From Candidatus Krumholzibacteriota bacterium (GTDB taxonomy: Bacteria; Krumholzibacteriota; Krumholzibacteriia; JAJRXK01), in the NCBI GenBank assembly GCA_963806035.1, contig CAWDWO010000031.1, forward strand, positions 1 through 64,000: 64,000 bases of DNA, written 5' to 3'. Positions 28,620 through 38,183 of this stretch are shown one piece after another. Position numbers and translations under genes: made by a program. Numbering within the stretch: position 1 is the stretch's first letter; every line of letters starts with the position of its first letter. Under the pieces are notes generated by a model. The model was not told the origin of the DNA. It saw only the letters and a list, made by a program, of their open reading frames with translations, and made no database searches.

Positions 28620-29321
28620 CTACTTTCCGGACTCGTTTTCATGCTCGTCCAGAAGATCCGGGCGTCTCGCCCTGGTTCGCGCGAGACTGCATTGCCTGCG
28701 CCATTCATCGATGGCGGCGTGATCGCCCGAAAGCAGAACTTCCGGAACTTTCAAGCCTCGATACTCGGGCGGCCTGGTGTAGCTGGCCGCGTCGAGAAGA
28801 CCTTCGCGTCCGCGGCTGAACGAATCTCCATCCGCGGAATCCATGTCCCCAAGAGCGCCGGGAATCCTGCGGATCACGGCATCCACCACGGCCAGGGCCG
28901 CCAGCTCTCCCCCGGAGAGCACGAAATCGCCCAGCGACAGTTCCTGTGCGGCCAAGAGTTCCACGATGCGCTCGTCGAAACCCTTGTATCTGCCGCACAC
29001 CAGAACGAGTTGATCCTCCTCGGTGAACTCCTGGGCCAACTCCTGGTTGAAGGTGGGGCCCGTGGGGCTCATCAAGATGACTCTCGCGCCGCTGCGCCGC
29101 ACCGACTCCACGGCCATCACCAGTGGGGGCGCCCGCAGAATCATCCCCGGTCCGCCGCCGTAGGGCGGCCCGTCCACCACTCCGTGCCGATCCTCGCAAA
29201 ATTGCCGCGGATCGGTCACCACCACGTCCACCAGCTTCGCCTCGATGGCCTTTCCCACCACGCCCGCGTCGAGAACGGCGCGGCACATCTGGGGAAACAA
29301 GCTGACGAGATCGATCCGCAC
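28620..29321 (-). CDS. trmD: tRNA (guanine37-N1)-methyltransferase
   Basis: PYGGGPGM, CGRYKGFDER, SLGDFVLSGGE, YTRP; start set at GTG 29321. Confidence 0.96.
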   Translation of the reverse strand: MRIDLVSLFPQMCRAVLDAGVVGKAIEAKLVDVVVTDPRQFCEDRHGVVDGPPYGGGPGMILRAPPLVMAVESVRRSGARVILMSPTGPTFNQELAQEFTEEDQLVLVCGRYKGFDERIVELLAAQELSLGDFVLSGGELAALAVVDAVIRRIPGALGDMDSADGDSFSRGREGLLDAASYTRPPEYRGLKVPEVLLSGDHAAIDEWRRQCSLARTRARRPDLLDEHENESGK

Positions 29322-29343
29322 GGCCGGCCCTTTCAGGGAGGCC

Positions 29344-29880
29344 TCACTCGTCCTCTTCACTCAAGAGACCCGGCATGGCCTCGATGACGAGACGTCCTCC
29401 CTCACGATCCAAACTCTTCACCACCGGTGGAATGACCGGGATGAGATGTTCGCGCCCTCCTTCGGCTCGTACCTGCAGCACGAGATTGGCGGGCAAGACC
29501 ATCACGCCTTCCACCTGGCCGACGACCTCGCCTCCCGTCAACTCCACGCGCAGGCCGTGGTAGACGAAAGGATGGGGCTCCGCGGGCCGGGGAAAGTCGG
29601 GTCGGTCGTAATCCTCCGCCAAGAATCCGATGCTCTCGCCCACCATCGCCTCCGCGCCCTCGCGATCATCCACCCCGAGGAACTTGATCACCAGGCTCTC
29701 GCCCTGCTCGCGGGAGTGCTCGATGGCGATCACGCGGGAAGGGTCCTGTCCGCGGCGGCGGCGCAAATAGGGGCTCTGCATGACCGAGGCGAGATAATCC
29801 CCGTCGGGGAGAAACTTCAGCTCTCCCCGGAGTCCCACCGCGCGCACCAGTTCTCCCATGCTCACGAACATCGCTACCAC
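29344..29880 (-). CDS. rimM: ribosome maturation factor RimM
   Basis: GELVRAVGLRGELK, HLIP, PGLL; synteny. Confidence 0.92.
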   Translation of the reverse strand: MVAMFVSMGELVRAVGLRGELKFLPDGDYLASVMQSPYLRRRRGQDPSRVIAIEHSREQGESLVIKFLGVDDREGAEAMVGESIGFLAEDYDRPDFPRPAEPHPFVYHGLRVELTGGEVVGQVEGVMVLPANLVLQVRAEGGREHLIPVIPPVVKSLDREGGRLVIEAMPGLLSEEDE

Positions 29881-29890
29881 CTGCGGGCGT

Positions 29891-30121
29891 TCAATCGACG
29901 ATGTCGATCTCCACGCGCACGCCTTTGCGTCGCGCGACGCCCGATGCCAGGGTCCTCAGGGCCGAGGCGGTGGCTCCGTGCCGGCCAATGACCCGGCCGC
30001 GATCCTCCTCGTCGACCCGAACCTGGAATTGATGCACCTGGCCGCTGTGATTTTCCAGCACCTCGACCTTCTCGGGATGGGACACCATCCCCTTGACCAT
30101 GGTTTCGACGAGTTTTCTCAC
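29891..30121 (-). CDS. khpA: KH-domain RNA-binding protein (KhpA/YlqC)
   Basis: DRGRVIGRHG; between rpsP and rimM. Confidence 0.9.
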   Translation of the reverse strand: MRKLVETMVKGMVSHPEKVEVLENHSGQVHQFQVRVDEEDRGRVIGRHGATASALRTLASGVARRKGVRVEIDIVD

Positions 30122-30732
30122 GACGCGTCCGTTCCCTCGGCCTCACCCTGCGAGGCCTCCGCGGAATCTGCTGGTGCGGCCTTCTTCTCCTCAGCCGCTT
30201 CGGCGCCCTTGGCCTCGGCTTGGGCCGGGGCCTCATCACCCTCTGCAGAGGGCGTCCCTTCCTCCCCTGCGGCCTGTGCTTCCTCGCCTTCCTCCGCGCC
30301 CTCCGCCTTGGCCAGCTTGGCCTTCAAGTATGCCTTCTCGGCGTCCTCACGCTTCTTCAATTCAGCCGCATGGCTCTCGCTCAGCTGCTGGCGCGTCGCC
30401 TCCAGCCGCGAGCTGTGACGGCTTCGGTACTCCTCGACCTTGCTCTCGATCTCGGCGGCTTCCAGGCCGCTCTTCCGCAGATGCCAGCGGTAGAGAATTC
30501 CCTCGTTGCGCAGCAGCGAACGCGCGGTGTCGGACATGCCGGCGCCCTTCTCGAGCCACTCGATCGCCCTGTCGTGGTCGATCTTTACTTCGCGCGGCTT
30601 CACGAAGGGGTTGTAGTGACCCAGCTTGTCGATGTAGTCCCCGTCGCGGCGCTCACGACTGTCCAGCACCACGAGACGGTAGAAAGGATGCTTCTTGCGA
30701 CCCATGCGGGTCAGGCGAATGGTAGCGGACAT
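30118..30732 (-). CDS. rpsP: 30S ribosomal protein S16 with long C-terminal tail
   Basis: IRLTRMGRKKHPFYR, RDG, GHYNP. Confidence 0.96.
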   Translation of the reverse strand: MSATIRLTRMGRKKHPFYRLVVLDSRERRDGDYIDKLGHYNPFVKPREVKIDHDRAIEWLEKGAGMSDTARSLLRNEGILYRWHLRKSGLEAAEIESKVEEYRSRHSSRLEATRQQLSESHAAELKKREDAEKAYLKAKLAKAEGAEEGEEAQAAGEEGTPSAEGDEAPAQAEAKGAEAAEEKKAAPADSAEASQGEAEGTDAS

Positions 30733-30784
30733 TTTCTTCAACTCCTTCGTGAAGTTCGAGCGGCTCGGGCTTGGCCGCCGCGGA

Positions 30785-32119
30785 TCAAATCCGCGGAAAC
30801 ATGCCCTTGCCGAGGCGGTCGATCGATCCCGGCTTGGCCAGGACCTTCATCATTTTTTTCATGTCGCGGAATTGCTTGAGCAAGCGGTTCACGTCCACGA
30901 CTTGCGTGCCGCTGCCCTTGGCGATCCTCTTGCGCCGACTGCCGTTGATGATCTCCGGCCGGCGACGTTCCTTGAGAGTCATCGAAGAGATGATGGCTTC
31001 CGTACGGGCCATTTGCTTCTCGTCGACTTTGGCTTCCTTGAGCATCTTCGCGTTCATCCCGGGCATCAGACCCAGAACCTGCTTCAGTGGCCCCATCTTC
31101 TTGATCTGGCGCAACTGGTCGAGAAAGTCCTCCAGGTCGAACTGCTGCTTGCGCAGCTTCTGCTCCATGCGCTTGGCTTTTTCCTCGTCGATTTCCTGCT
31201 GGGCTTTCTCGATGAGGCTGAGCATGTCGCCCATGCCCAGAATGCGCCCCGCGATCCGATCGGGGTGAAACACGTCGAGTTCGTTCGGCTTCTCGCCCGT
31301 ACTGACGAACTTGATCGGCTTGCCCGTGACTTCGACCATGCTGAGCGCGGCGCCACCGCGCGCATCGCCGTCGAGTTTGGTCAGGACGGAGCCGGTAACA
31401 CCGATCTTTTCGTCGAAGGTCCTCGCGATCGAGACCGCCTCTTGTCCGGTCATGGCGTCGAGCACCAGAAGCCGCTCGCTCGGCTGCAGCTTCTCGGAGA
31501 GAGCCGCGAGCTCGACCATGAGCGCTTCGTCGATCTGGAGGCGACCGGCGGTATCGACCACCAGCACGTCGCAGAGTTCCTGCAGGGCGTGGCGCTGCGC
31601 TTCTTGCGCCACCTGCACCACGTCTTTGGTCTCTTTGTTGGTATAGACCGCCACCTCACACTGCCCGGCAAGAGTCTCGAGCTGCTCGATCGCGGCGGGG
31701 CGTTGCAGGTCGCAGGCAACGAGTAGAGGACGGCGGCCCATCGATTTCAGGTGCAGAGCCAGCTTGGCGCTGAAAGTGGTCTTCCCCGAACCCTGCAGAC
31801 CCATCACGAGAACCGCGACCGGAGGGGAGCCTTCCAACTTGAGTGAGGCGGTGGATCCGCCCAGAAGAGCAATGAGCTCCTCGTGAACGATCTTCACCAT
31901 CTGCTGTCCCGGGCTCAGGCTCTTGAGGACCTCGGCGCCCAGGGCCTTCTCGCGCACCCGCTCCACGAAGCCGCGCGCCACCGAGAGTTCCACGTCCGCC
32001 GCCAGCAGAGCGCGGCGGATCTCGCGCAGGCCTTCGGCCATGTTCTCTTCGCTGAGCTTCCCCTGACCGGAGAGGCTCTTGAAGACTCCTTCGAGTTTGG
32101 ACTGCAGATCCTGGAACAT
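30785..32119 (-). CDS. ffh: signal recognition particle protein
   Basis: GLQGSGKTT, DTAGR, TKLDGDARGG, Met-rich M domain. Confidence 0.98.
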   Translation of the reverse strand: MFQDLQSKLEGVFKSLSGQGKLSEENMAEGLREIRRALLAADVELSVARGFVERVREKALGAEVLKSLSPGQQMVKIVHEELIALLGGSTASLKLEGSPPVAVLVMGLQGSGKTTFSAKLALHLKSMGRRPLLVACDLQRPAAIEQLETLAGQCEVAVYTNKETKDVVQVAQEAQRHALQELCDVLVVDTAGRLQIDEALMVELAALSEKLQPSERLLVLDAMTGQEAVSIARTFDEKIGVTGSVLTKLDGDARGGAALSMVEVTGKPIKFVSTGEKPNELDVFHPDRIAGRILGMGDMLSLIEKAQQEIDEEKAKRMEQKLRKQQFDLEDFLDQLRQIKKMGPLKQVLGLMPGMNAKMLKEAKVDEKQMARTEAIISSMTLKERRRPEIINGSRRKRIAKGSGTQVVDVNRLLKQFRDMKKMMKVLAKPGSIDRLGKGMFPRI

Positions 32120-32302
32120 GGTCACGAAAAATGGCTGGCGTAAAATTCCGACGCCGACCGGGGTGAGTGCATACGAACGCCCCGGCGGTAGAGCCGCAGA
32201 GCGGGCAAAAAAGAATCAGCCTGGCACAATAGCAGCTCGGGGGGTCTCGCGCAAGGCCGCGTCATACAAGGAGATCGCGCCCTGGCTGCCCCTGAGGACG
32301 GC

Positions 32303-32989
32303 TCAGGCCCCGCGCAGGCTCCGCGTAATGGCCGGGTAGTCCTGCGAGCCGAAGAAAGAGGACCCCGAGACCAGGATCTCCGCGCCGGCCTCGCGCGCCA
32401 GAGGAGCCGTTTCGGCGTCGATTCCGCCGTCGATCTCCAGCACGCACCCGTGGCCGTCCGCCTCGCGCCAGGCCCGCAGCTGCTCGATTTTGGGCAAAAC
32501 GCTGCGATCGAAGGCCTGACCGGCGAAACCGGGGTGCACCGACATCACCAGAAAGAGATCGCAGCTCGCGAAGAGGGCCCGATGCTCCCTCTCGCGCAGC
32601 GGACTGGCGGGATTCAGGGCCAGGCCGGCCCTACCGCCCTTCTTCTGGATCTGCCGCACGATTGCGCCATGATCGAGGGGGAGCTCCAGGTGAAAGCTGA
32701 CGCAGCTCACGCCCGCGTCCAAAAAGCGCATGGCATAGTCCAGCGGATCCTCCACCATCAGGTGACAGTCGACCGGAATCCGGCTCGTCTTGCAGATGGC
32801 GCGCGCGAAATGGGGGCCGTAGCTGAGGTTGTCCACGAAGTGGCCATCCATGATATCCAGGTGGAAGAGATCGGCGCCCGCGTCCTGCGCGTCCTCCATT
32901 TCCTCAGCGAGGTGCAGGAGGTCGGCCGAGAGCAGGGACGGCGCCACCGCCACCTTGGGCTCAGTCCTGTTTGGAAGCCACCAGCTCAA
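32303..32989 (-). CDS. rpe: ribulose-phosphate 3-epimerase
   Basis: APSLLSAD, HLDIMDGHFV, HLMV, MSVHPGF, IDGGI; start uncertain. Confidence 0.95.
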   Translation of the reverse strand: MSWWLPNRTEPKVAVAPSLLSADLLHLAEEMEDAQDAGADLFHLDIMDGHFVDNLSYGPHFARAICKTSRIPVDCHLMVEDPLDYAMRFLDAGVSCVSFHLELPLDHGAIVRQIQKKGGRAGLALNPASPLREREHRALFASCDLFLVMSVHPGFAGQAFDRSVLPKIEQLRAWREADGHGCVLEIDGGIDAETAPLAREAGAEILVSGSSFFGSQDYPAITRSLRGA

Positions 32990-33686
32990 TGCTCCCCCCT
33001 CCCACGATGCGCGAGCCGGCCAGAGGCCACTGCTTGAGGATCGTGCCGGGAAACGAACCCGCGTCGGCGGCGTAGGTGATGCGGCGCAGCTCGAATCCGG
33101 CCGCGCTCAACTCCGCTCGAACTTTGACCAGGCTGCGGCCCACGAAGGAGGGCACCCGGTAGTATTCTCGCTCCCGTTCCTCGCGCAAAAGGACGTCCAC
33201 CACCGTACCACTCGGCACCTGCGCGCCCGGCTGCGGACGCTGCGCCGCGATGCCGATACGACCCACGGGATCGTAGGAGCGGGCCACCCTGCCAACTTTG
33301 AGGTTCTCCCGCAACAGCGAGATCTCGCACTGGCGCAGACTCATGCCCAAAAGGTCGGGGACGCGCGCGTAGGCTTCCCCCTTGCTCACCACCAGTCGGA
33401 TCTCCCGTCCTTTGCGCACCGAACGGAGCGCGCGGGGCGCTTGCTCGAGCACGATGCCCGGCGGGGTCTGGTCCTGATAGACCTCGTCCCCCACCTCGAC
33501 CGCCAGGCCAATCCGCTTGGCTTCCTCGCGGGCCTGCGCCAATGGCAGTCCTTTCAACTCGGGCACCAGAACCGCCTGCTGACGGTGAACCAACCAGGGA
33601 AGGAAAGTCGAGTTCGCGAGCACGATTCCCACGAAGATCGCCACCACGATCAACAGAAGCGTCATGAAGAAGCGTCCTACCGTCAC
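32961..33686 (-). CDS. membrane-anchored triple-PASTA protein without kinase domain
   Basis: N-terminal TM then VPELKG, VPDLLG and VPSFVG repeats, each with a QxP motif. Confidence 0.88.
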   Translation of the reverse strand: MTVGRFFMTLLLIVVAIFVGIVLANSTFLPWLVHRQQAVLVPELKGLPLAQAREEAKRIGLAVEVGDEVYQDQTPPGIVLEQAPRALRSVRKGREIRLVVSKGEAYARVPDLLGMSLRQCEISLLRENLKVGRVARSYDPVGRIGIAAQRPQPGAQVPSGTVVDVLLREEREREYYRVPSFVGRSLVKVRAELSAAGFELRRITYAADAGSFPGTILKQWPLAGSRIVGGGSIELVASKQD

Positions 33687-35065
33687 GACCCTGTCTCCTT
33701 GCGCGTGAGAACCGCGGCGAACGCGCCATCGCAACCGTGCAGATGCGGCCAGACGCGGAGTCGTCCGTCGTGCACGAGCTCTTTGGGAACGCGAGCCGGC
33801 ACTTGGAGTTCCACGAGGTCCTCACGCTCGGCGAGAACCGCGTCGACCACCGCCTCGTTCTCTTCACGCTCCAGCGAGCAGGTAGCGTACACGATGATGC
33901 CGCCGAAAGCACAGAGTTCAACCGCCGAGTTGAGCAGTTCGCGTTGCAAGCGCGGCAACTCGACGAGGTCGCTGGGCTTCCTGCGCCAACGGGCCTCGTG
34001 CCGCCGGGCCAGAACTCCGGTTCCACTGCAAGGCGCGTCCACCAGGACGGCGTCGAAGCTGCCCGGCAAGAGAGGCGGCCGTGTCCCGTCCGCCACCAGA
34101 GGCGCCAGGTTCGCAAGATCCAGCCGCCGCCGGGTGTCCAGGAGGCGCCGCATTCTGCTCAGCTGCGTATCGAGCGCCACCACCGTCGCCGACGGCCCGA
34201 AGCTCTCGGCCAGCTGGGCGGCTTTCCCGCCGGGAGCCGCGCACAGATCCAGGATCAGCCGGATCGAATCGTTCGTGAAGAGCGTAGGTACCAGCTGCGC
34301 TGCCTCGTCCTGGATCGTCACGAAGGGTCCGAGCTCGTCCAGCACGCGCGGAGCGGGCACCCTGCTCTCTAGAACCAGCGCGTTTTCGGCCCATCGTCCC
34401 GGCAGGAGCTTCCATTCACGTTCTTGCGCGGCGGCGATGATTCTCTCTCTGTCTTCTGCGCGGGTCCTCAGGACCAGGGGGGGCCGTCGGTTGTTCGCTT
34501 CGCACAGGGCGAGGAGCTGATCTGGGGGAAGAATCTCGGCCCAACGCTCCACCAGCCAACGTGGATGGCTGAGCCAGCTCAGCGCGTACTCTAGAGGATC
34601 CTCTTGCGCGGAGGGAAAATGCGCGCGGGGACCCTCGCGTGCGACCCGACGCAGAACCCCGTTCACGAATCCCGCCGCGTGCGCGCACTGCAGTGCGCGC
34701 GTCAGCTCGACGCACTGGGATACCACGGCATGCTGCGGGCTGCGCAACTCGCAGAGTTCGTGCAGTCCCAGCCAGAGTGCGACGCGGACGGGGGTCTGTG
34801 GAGCTTGCTTGGCCAGACGGCGCAGCAGGTAGTCATAGCGTCCGTGCAAGCGGACACAGCCATACACCAGTTCGCGGACTCGGCGCCGTTCCGCGGCGCG
34901 CGTGCGTGCGCTGGGCTGCGAAGCATCTTCCGATTCGAATTCGCTCAGAATCTCGCGCACGTAGCCCTTCTGCGAGAGCCATTGCAGGAGCACGCGCGCC
35001 GCGCGCAGACGCACCGGATCGAGGGATGCCGAGTGACGAGGCGAGGGTGCCTGGCGCGCACTCAT
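33683..35065 (-). CDS. rsmB: 16S rRNA m5C967 methyltransferase RsmB/Sun
   Basis: NusB-like N-terminus, SHPRW, DLCAAPGGK, DAPCSGTG, YATCS. Confidence 0.94.
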   Translation of the reverse strand: MSARQAPSPRHSASLDPVRLRAARVLLQWLSQKGYVREILSEFESEDASQPSARTRAAERRRVRELVYGCVRLHGRYDYLLRRLAKQAPQTPVRVALWLGLHELCELRSPQHAVVSQCVELTRALQCAHAAGFVNGVLRRVAREGPRAHFPSAQEDPLEYALSWLSHPRWLVERWAEILPPDQLLALCEANNRRPPLVLRTRAEDRERIIAAAQEREWKLLPGRWAENALVLESRVPAPRVLDELGPFVTIQDEAAQLVPTLFTNDSIRLILDLCAAPGGKAAQLAESFGPSATVVALDTQLSRMRRLLDTRRRLDLANLAPLVADGTRPPLLPGSFDAVLVDAPCSGTGVLARRHEARWRRKPSDLVELPRLQRELLNSAVELCAFGGIIVYATCSLEREENEAVVDAVLAEREDLVELQVPARVPKELVHDGRLRVWPHLHGCDGAFAAVLTRKETGS

Positions 35066-35066
35066 C

Positions 35067-36026
35067 CTAGAGGCGGACCCGCGCGGGCACGTCCGCCAAA
35101 GGCGAGAGTTTGTCTCCCGCGCGCAGAGGAAAGCCGCGCGCGAACTGGAGAGGCGGCAAAAAACGGCCGCCCGCTCTCTGGACGAAATGAATTCGAACCG
35201 CCCCCTGCGCGCACCCGACGCTCATTCCCTCCTCGTCGATCGCGAGGATCTCACCGGCCTTGCCCTGAAGCTCGGGCAGCAGACGACTTCCTTTCAGCTT
35301 CAGGGTCTCCCCATCCCTGAAGACCGCCACTCCCGGCCAGGGACAGAGTCCGCGAATGCGATCGTGGACCTCCTGTGCACTTCGCGCGAAATCCACCGTG
35401 CCCTCTTCTTTGCGCAGCATCGGGGCAATGGTCACCCCTTCGCTCGCCTGAGGCCGGGGGGCGAGTCCTCGCGACTGAATTTCGTCGATCGTGTGCAGCA
35501 GGAGCTGCGCTCCCAATACGGCAAGCCGGTCGTGAAGCTCGCCCGCGGTTTCCTCGGGCCCGATCCGGGTTTCCTTTTGCGCGTAGACGGGGCCGGTGTC
35601 CATCCCCTTTTCCAAGCGCATGGTGCACACTCCGGTCCGCTCGTCGCCGGCAATGATCGCGCGATGGATGGGTGCCGCGCCGCGCCAGCGCGGAAGCAAG
35701 GAAGCGTGGACATTCAGGCAACCCAGAGAGGGGCCGTGCAAGAGGGGTTCACGAATGAGATGACCGAATGCAACCACCACCGCGAGCTGCGGCGAACAGT
35801 CGAGAATTTGTCGGTAGGCTTCCTGGCGGGCTTTGGGCTGCAAAGCCATGTCCCGCAGACCCAGTTCTTTCGCGCGCCGTCGGACCGGAGTGGGAAGAGG
35901 GGTACGCCCGCGTCCTCTCGCCTTGTCCGGCTGCGTCACCACCAACGCGAGTTCGTGACCAGCCCGGACGAGAGCTTCCAGAGAGGGGATCGCGAACTCG
36001 GGAGAACCGAGGAAGACGAGACGCAC
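35067..36026 (-). CDS. fmt: methionyl-tRNA formyltransferase
   Basis: GSPEFA, TQPD, NVHASLLPRWRGAAPI. Confidence 0.97.
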   Translation of the reverse strand: MRLVFLGSPEFAIPSLEALVRAGHELALVVTQPDKARGRGRTPLPTPVRRRAKELGLRDMALQPKARQEAYRQILDCSPQLAVVVAFGHLIREPLLHGPSLGCLNVHASLLPRWRGAAPIHRAIIAGDERTGVCTMRLEKGMDTGPVYAQKETRIGPEETAGELHDRLAVLGAQLLLHTIDEIQSRGLAPRPQASEGVTIAPMLRKEEGTVDFARSAQEVHDRIRGLCPWPGVAVFRDGETLKLKGSRLLPELQGKAGEILAIDEEGMSVGCAQGAVRIHFVQRAGGRFLPPLQFARGFPLRAGDKLSPLADVPARVRL

Positions 36027-36028
36027 GA

Positions 36029-36547
36029 TCAGCCGGCTTTCGACTTGCGCGAAAGAGATTTGAGCTTTTTGGCCAGGAGCTTTCGTTTGAGCATGGGCAG
36101 ATGATCCACGAAGAGGACCCCTTCCAGATGATCGAACTCGTGCTGGACGATGCGCGCGAGAAGGCCGTCGTCGCTGAGTTCACAACTCCTTCCGTTGAGA
36201 TCCTGATACACCGCTTCGATCCGCACGGGGCGCTCCACGTCGGCCGTGATGCCCGGAAGCGAGAGGCAGCCCTCGCTGAAGGAGGCGCGCTCGGAACTGA
36301 GGAAGGTCAATTCTGGATTCACCAGGGGGAGAATGCGCGGCCAACCGTCACGCTCGTCCCGGGCGATGAGCATGCGTAGATCCCGGCCCACTTGAGGCGC
36401 GGCGAGACCGATTCCATCCTCGCGCATCATGGCCTGGATCATTCCGTCGCAGAGCTCGCGCAGCTCGTCGTCGAAGCGCTCCACCGGCCGGCAGGTGGAA
36501 CGCAGAATCTCGCTCCCGTAGAGATAGATCTCCAGTTCGTCGCTCAT
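36029..36547 (-). CDS. def: peptide deformylase
   Basis: GIGLAAPQ, EGCLS, QHEFDHL. Confidence 0.97.
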   Translation of the reverse strand: MSDELEIYLYGSEILRSTCRPVERFDDELRELCDGMIQAMMREDGIGLAAPQVGRDLRMLIARDERDGWPRILPLVNPELTFLSSERASFSEGCLSLPGITADVERPVRIEAVYQDLNGRSCELSDDGLLARIVQHEFDHLEGVLFVDHLPMLKRKLLAKKLKSLSRKSKAG

Positions 36548-36566
36548 CGTGCCTCTCTGGAAACTC

Positions 36567-36914
36567 TCAATTCTTCTCGCTCACCACACCCGCCACCGAA
36601 CCCCGGGAGATCTCCACCTTCACTCCTTCGCCGATGGTGGCCACGATGATGCCGCGATCTTCTTTCACGTTGAGCACGGTCGCATGCAGTCCGCCGTTGG
36701 TAATGATGCGATCTCCCTTCCTCAACGAAGCCAGCATCGCCTTGTGTTCCTTCTGGCGCTTGGCTTGGGGCCGCCACATCAAAAAATAGAAAATGAGCAG
36801 AAACGCGAGAAAAAGCGGCATCATCGACCAGGGTGACGCCGACTGACCTCCCTGGGGAGGCGCCGAAAACGCGGGAACGAGGACGGCGAGGGACGCAGTA
36901 TGAATAGGGCTCAA
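36567..36914 (-). CDS. yajC: preprotein translocase subunit YajC
   Basis: FYFLMWRPQ, LRKGDRIITNGGL; follows tgt. Confidence 0.95.
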   Translation of the reverse strand: MSPIHTASLAVLVPAFSAPPQGGQSASPWSMMPLFLAFLLIFYFLMWRPQAKRQKEHKAMLASLRKGDRIITNGGLHATVLNVKEDRGIIVATIGEGVKVEISRGSVAGVVSEKN

Positions 36915-37037
36915 GAGCCACCTCCAGAACAGGGTTTGCGCTCAGTCTAGGTGTGCGTGGAATTTCAGGCAAGCTCACACCGGACCCAAGAGCCGCGGCC
37001 CGGCGCGCCTACGATGAGTGCCGGAGCATGGCTTCAA

Positions 37038-38183
37038 TCAGGGCACACGCCCGTTCTCCGCCTGATAGCGGGTCAGAAAGCTCGTCCGATACTCAGCCAG
37101 CGCGCCCTTCTGCACGGCCTGCCGGATCTCAGCCATGAGAGTCTGATAAAACGTGAGATTGTGCAGGGTGCAGAGCACCGGCCCGAGAATCTCTCCGGCG
37201 ATGGTGAGATGCCGCAGGTATGCGCGCGTGTGCTTCTGGCAGGCCAAACACGAGCAGCCCTCTTCGAGCGGACGCTCATCGGACGCGAATCTCGCGTTGC
37301 GCAATGCTAGCCGTCCCTCGTGGGTCATGAGCGTACCGTTGCGCGCCATCCGGGTGGGCAGGACACAGTCGAACATGTCCACCCCGCCTTCGACCGCGGC
37401 CAGAATGTCCTCGGGGAAGCCCACCCCCATGAGGTAACGGGGCTTCTCTTGCGGAAGCAGTGCCGCGCTGAAAGCGCTCAGGCGATGCAGATCCTCCTTG
37501 CTCTCGCCCACCGAGAGGCCCCCTATCGCATAGCCGGGAAAGTCCAGAGCTGTCAGTTCGCGGGCGCTGCGCTCGCGCTGGGACTTCGAAACGCCTCCCT
37601 GCATGATCCCGAACAACACTTGCTCGTGTCCTGCTTCGTTTCTGCGACGCGGACCGAACGCCTTCAGACAGCGTTGCGCCCAGCGCGTGGTCCGGCTCAC
37701 GGCCTCCTCGACCAGCTGTTCCGCGGCGGGAAGTGCCACACAGTGGTCGAAGGCCATCACCACGTCGGCGCCCAGAGCGGCCTGGATCTCCATGCTGGAT
37801 TCGGGGCTGAGGAAATGCTCGGAACCATCCAGGTGGGAGCGAAAGCGCACGCCCTCCTCGCTGAGACGATTCAAATCCGAGAGAGAGAAGACCTGGAACC
37901 CGCCGCTGTCGGTGAGCATCGAGCCGTCGTAGGCCATGAAGCGATGCAGTCCACCCAGCTCCTGAATGCGCTGATGGGTGGGCCTGAGGTACAGGTGGTA
38001 GGTGTTCGCGAGGATCATGCGAGCCCCCGTGCTCGCCAGCTGGTCCACCGTGAGACCCTTGACCGTGGCCTGTGTTCCCACCGGCATGAAGACCGGAGTC
38101 TCGACGATCCCGTGGTCGGTATGCAGACGTCCGCGTCGAGCCGCGCCGTCGCTGGCCAGTACTTCGAAGGAAAATCCGCTCAT
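37038..38183 (-). CDS. tgt: tRNA-guanine transglycosylase
   Basis: TPVFMPVGT, NTYHL, DSGGFQ, DMFDCV, CxCxxC/H Zn site. Confidence 0.97.
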   Translation of the reverse strand: MSGFSFEVLASDGAARRGRLHTDHGIVETPVFMPVGTQATVKGLTVDQLASTGARMILANTYHLYLRPTHQRIQELGGLHRFMAYDGSMLTDSGGFQVFSLSDLNRLSEEGVRFRSHLDGSEHFLSPESSMEIQAALGADVVMAFDHCVALPAAEQLVEEAVSRTTRWAQRCLKAFGPRRRNEAGHEQVLFGIMQGGVSKSQRERSARELTALDFPGYAIGGLSVGESKEDLHRLSAFSAALLPQEKPRYLMGVGFPEDILAAVEGGVDMFDCVLPTRMARNGTLMTHEGRLALRNARFASDERPLEEGCSCLACQKHTRAYLRHLTIAGEILGPVLCTLHNLTFYQTLMAEIRQAVQKGALAEYRTSFLTRYQAENGRVP

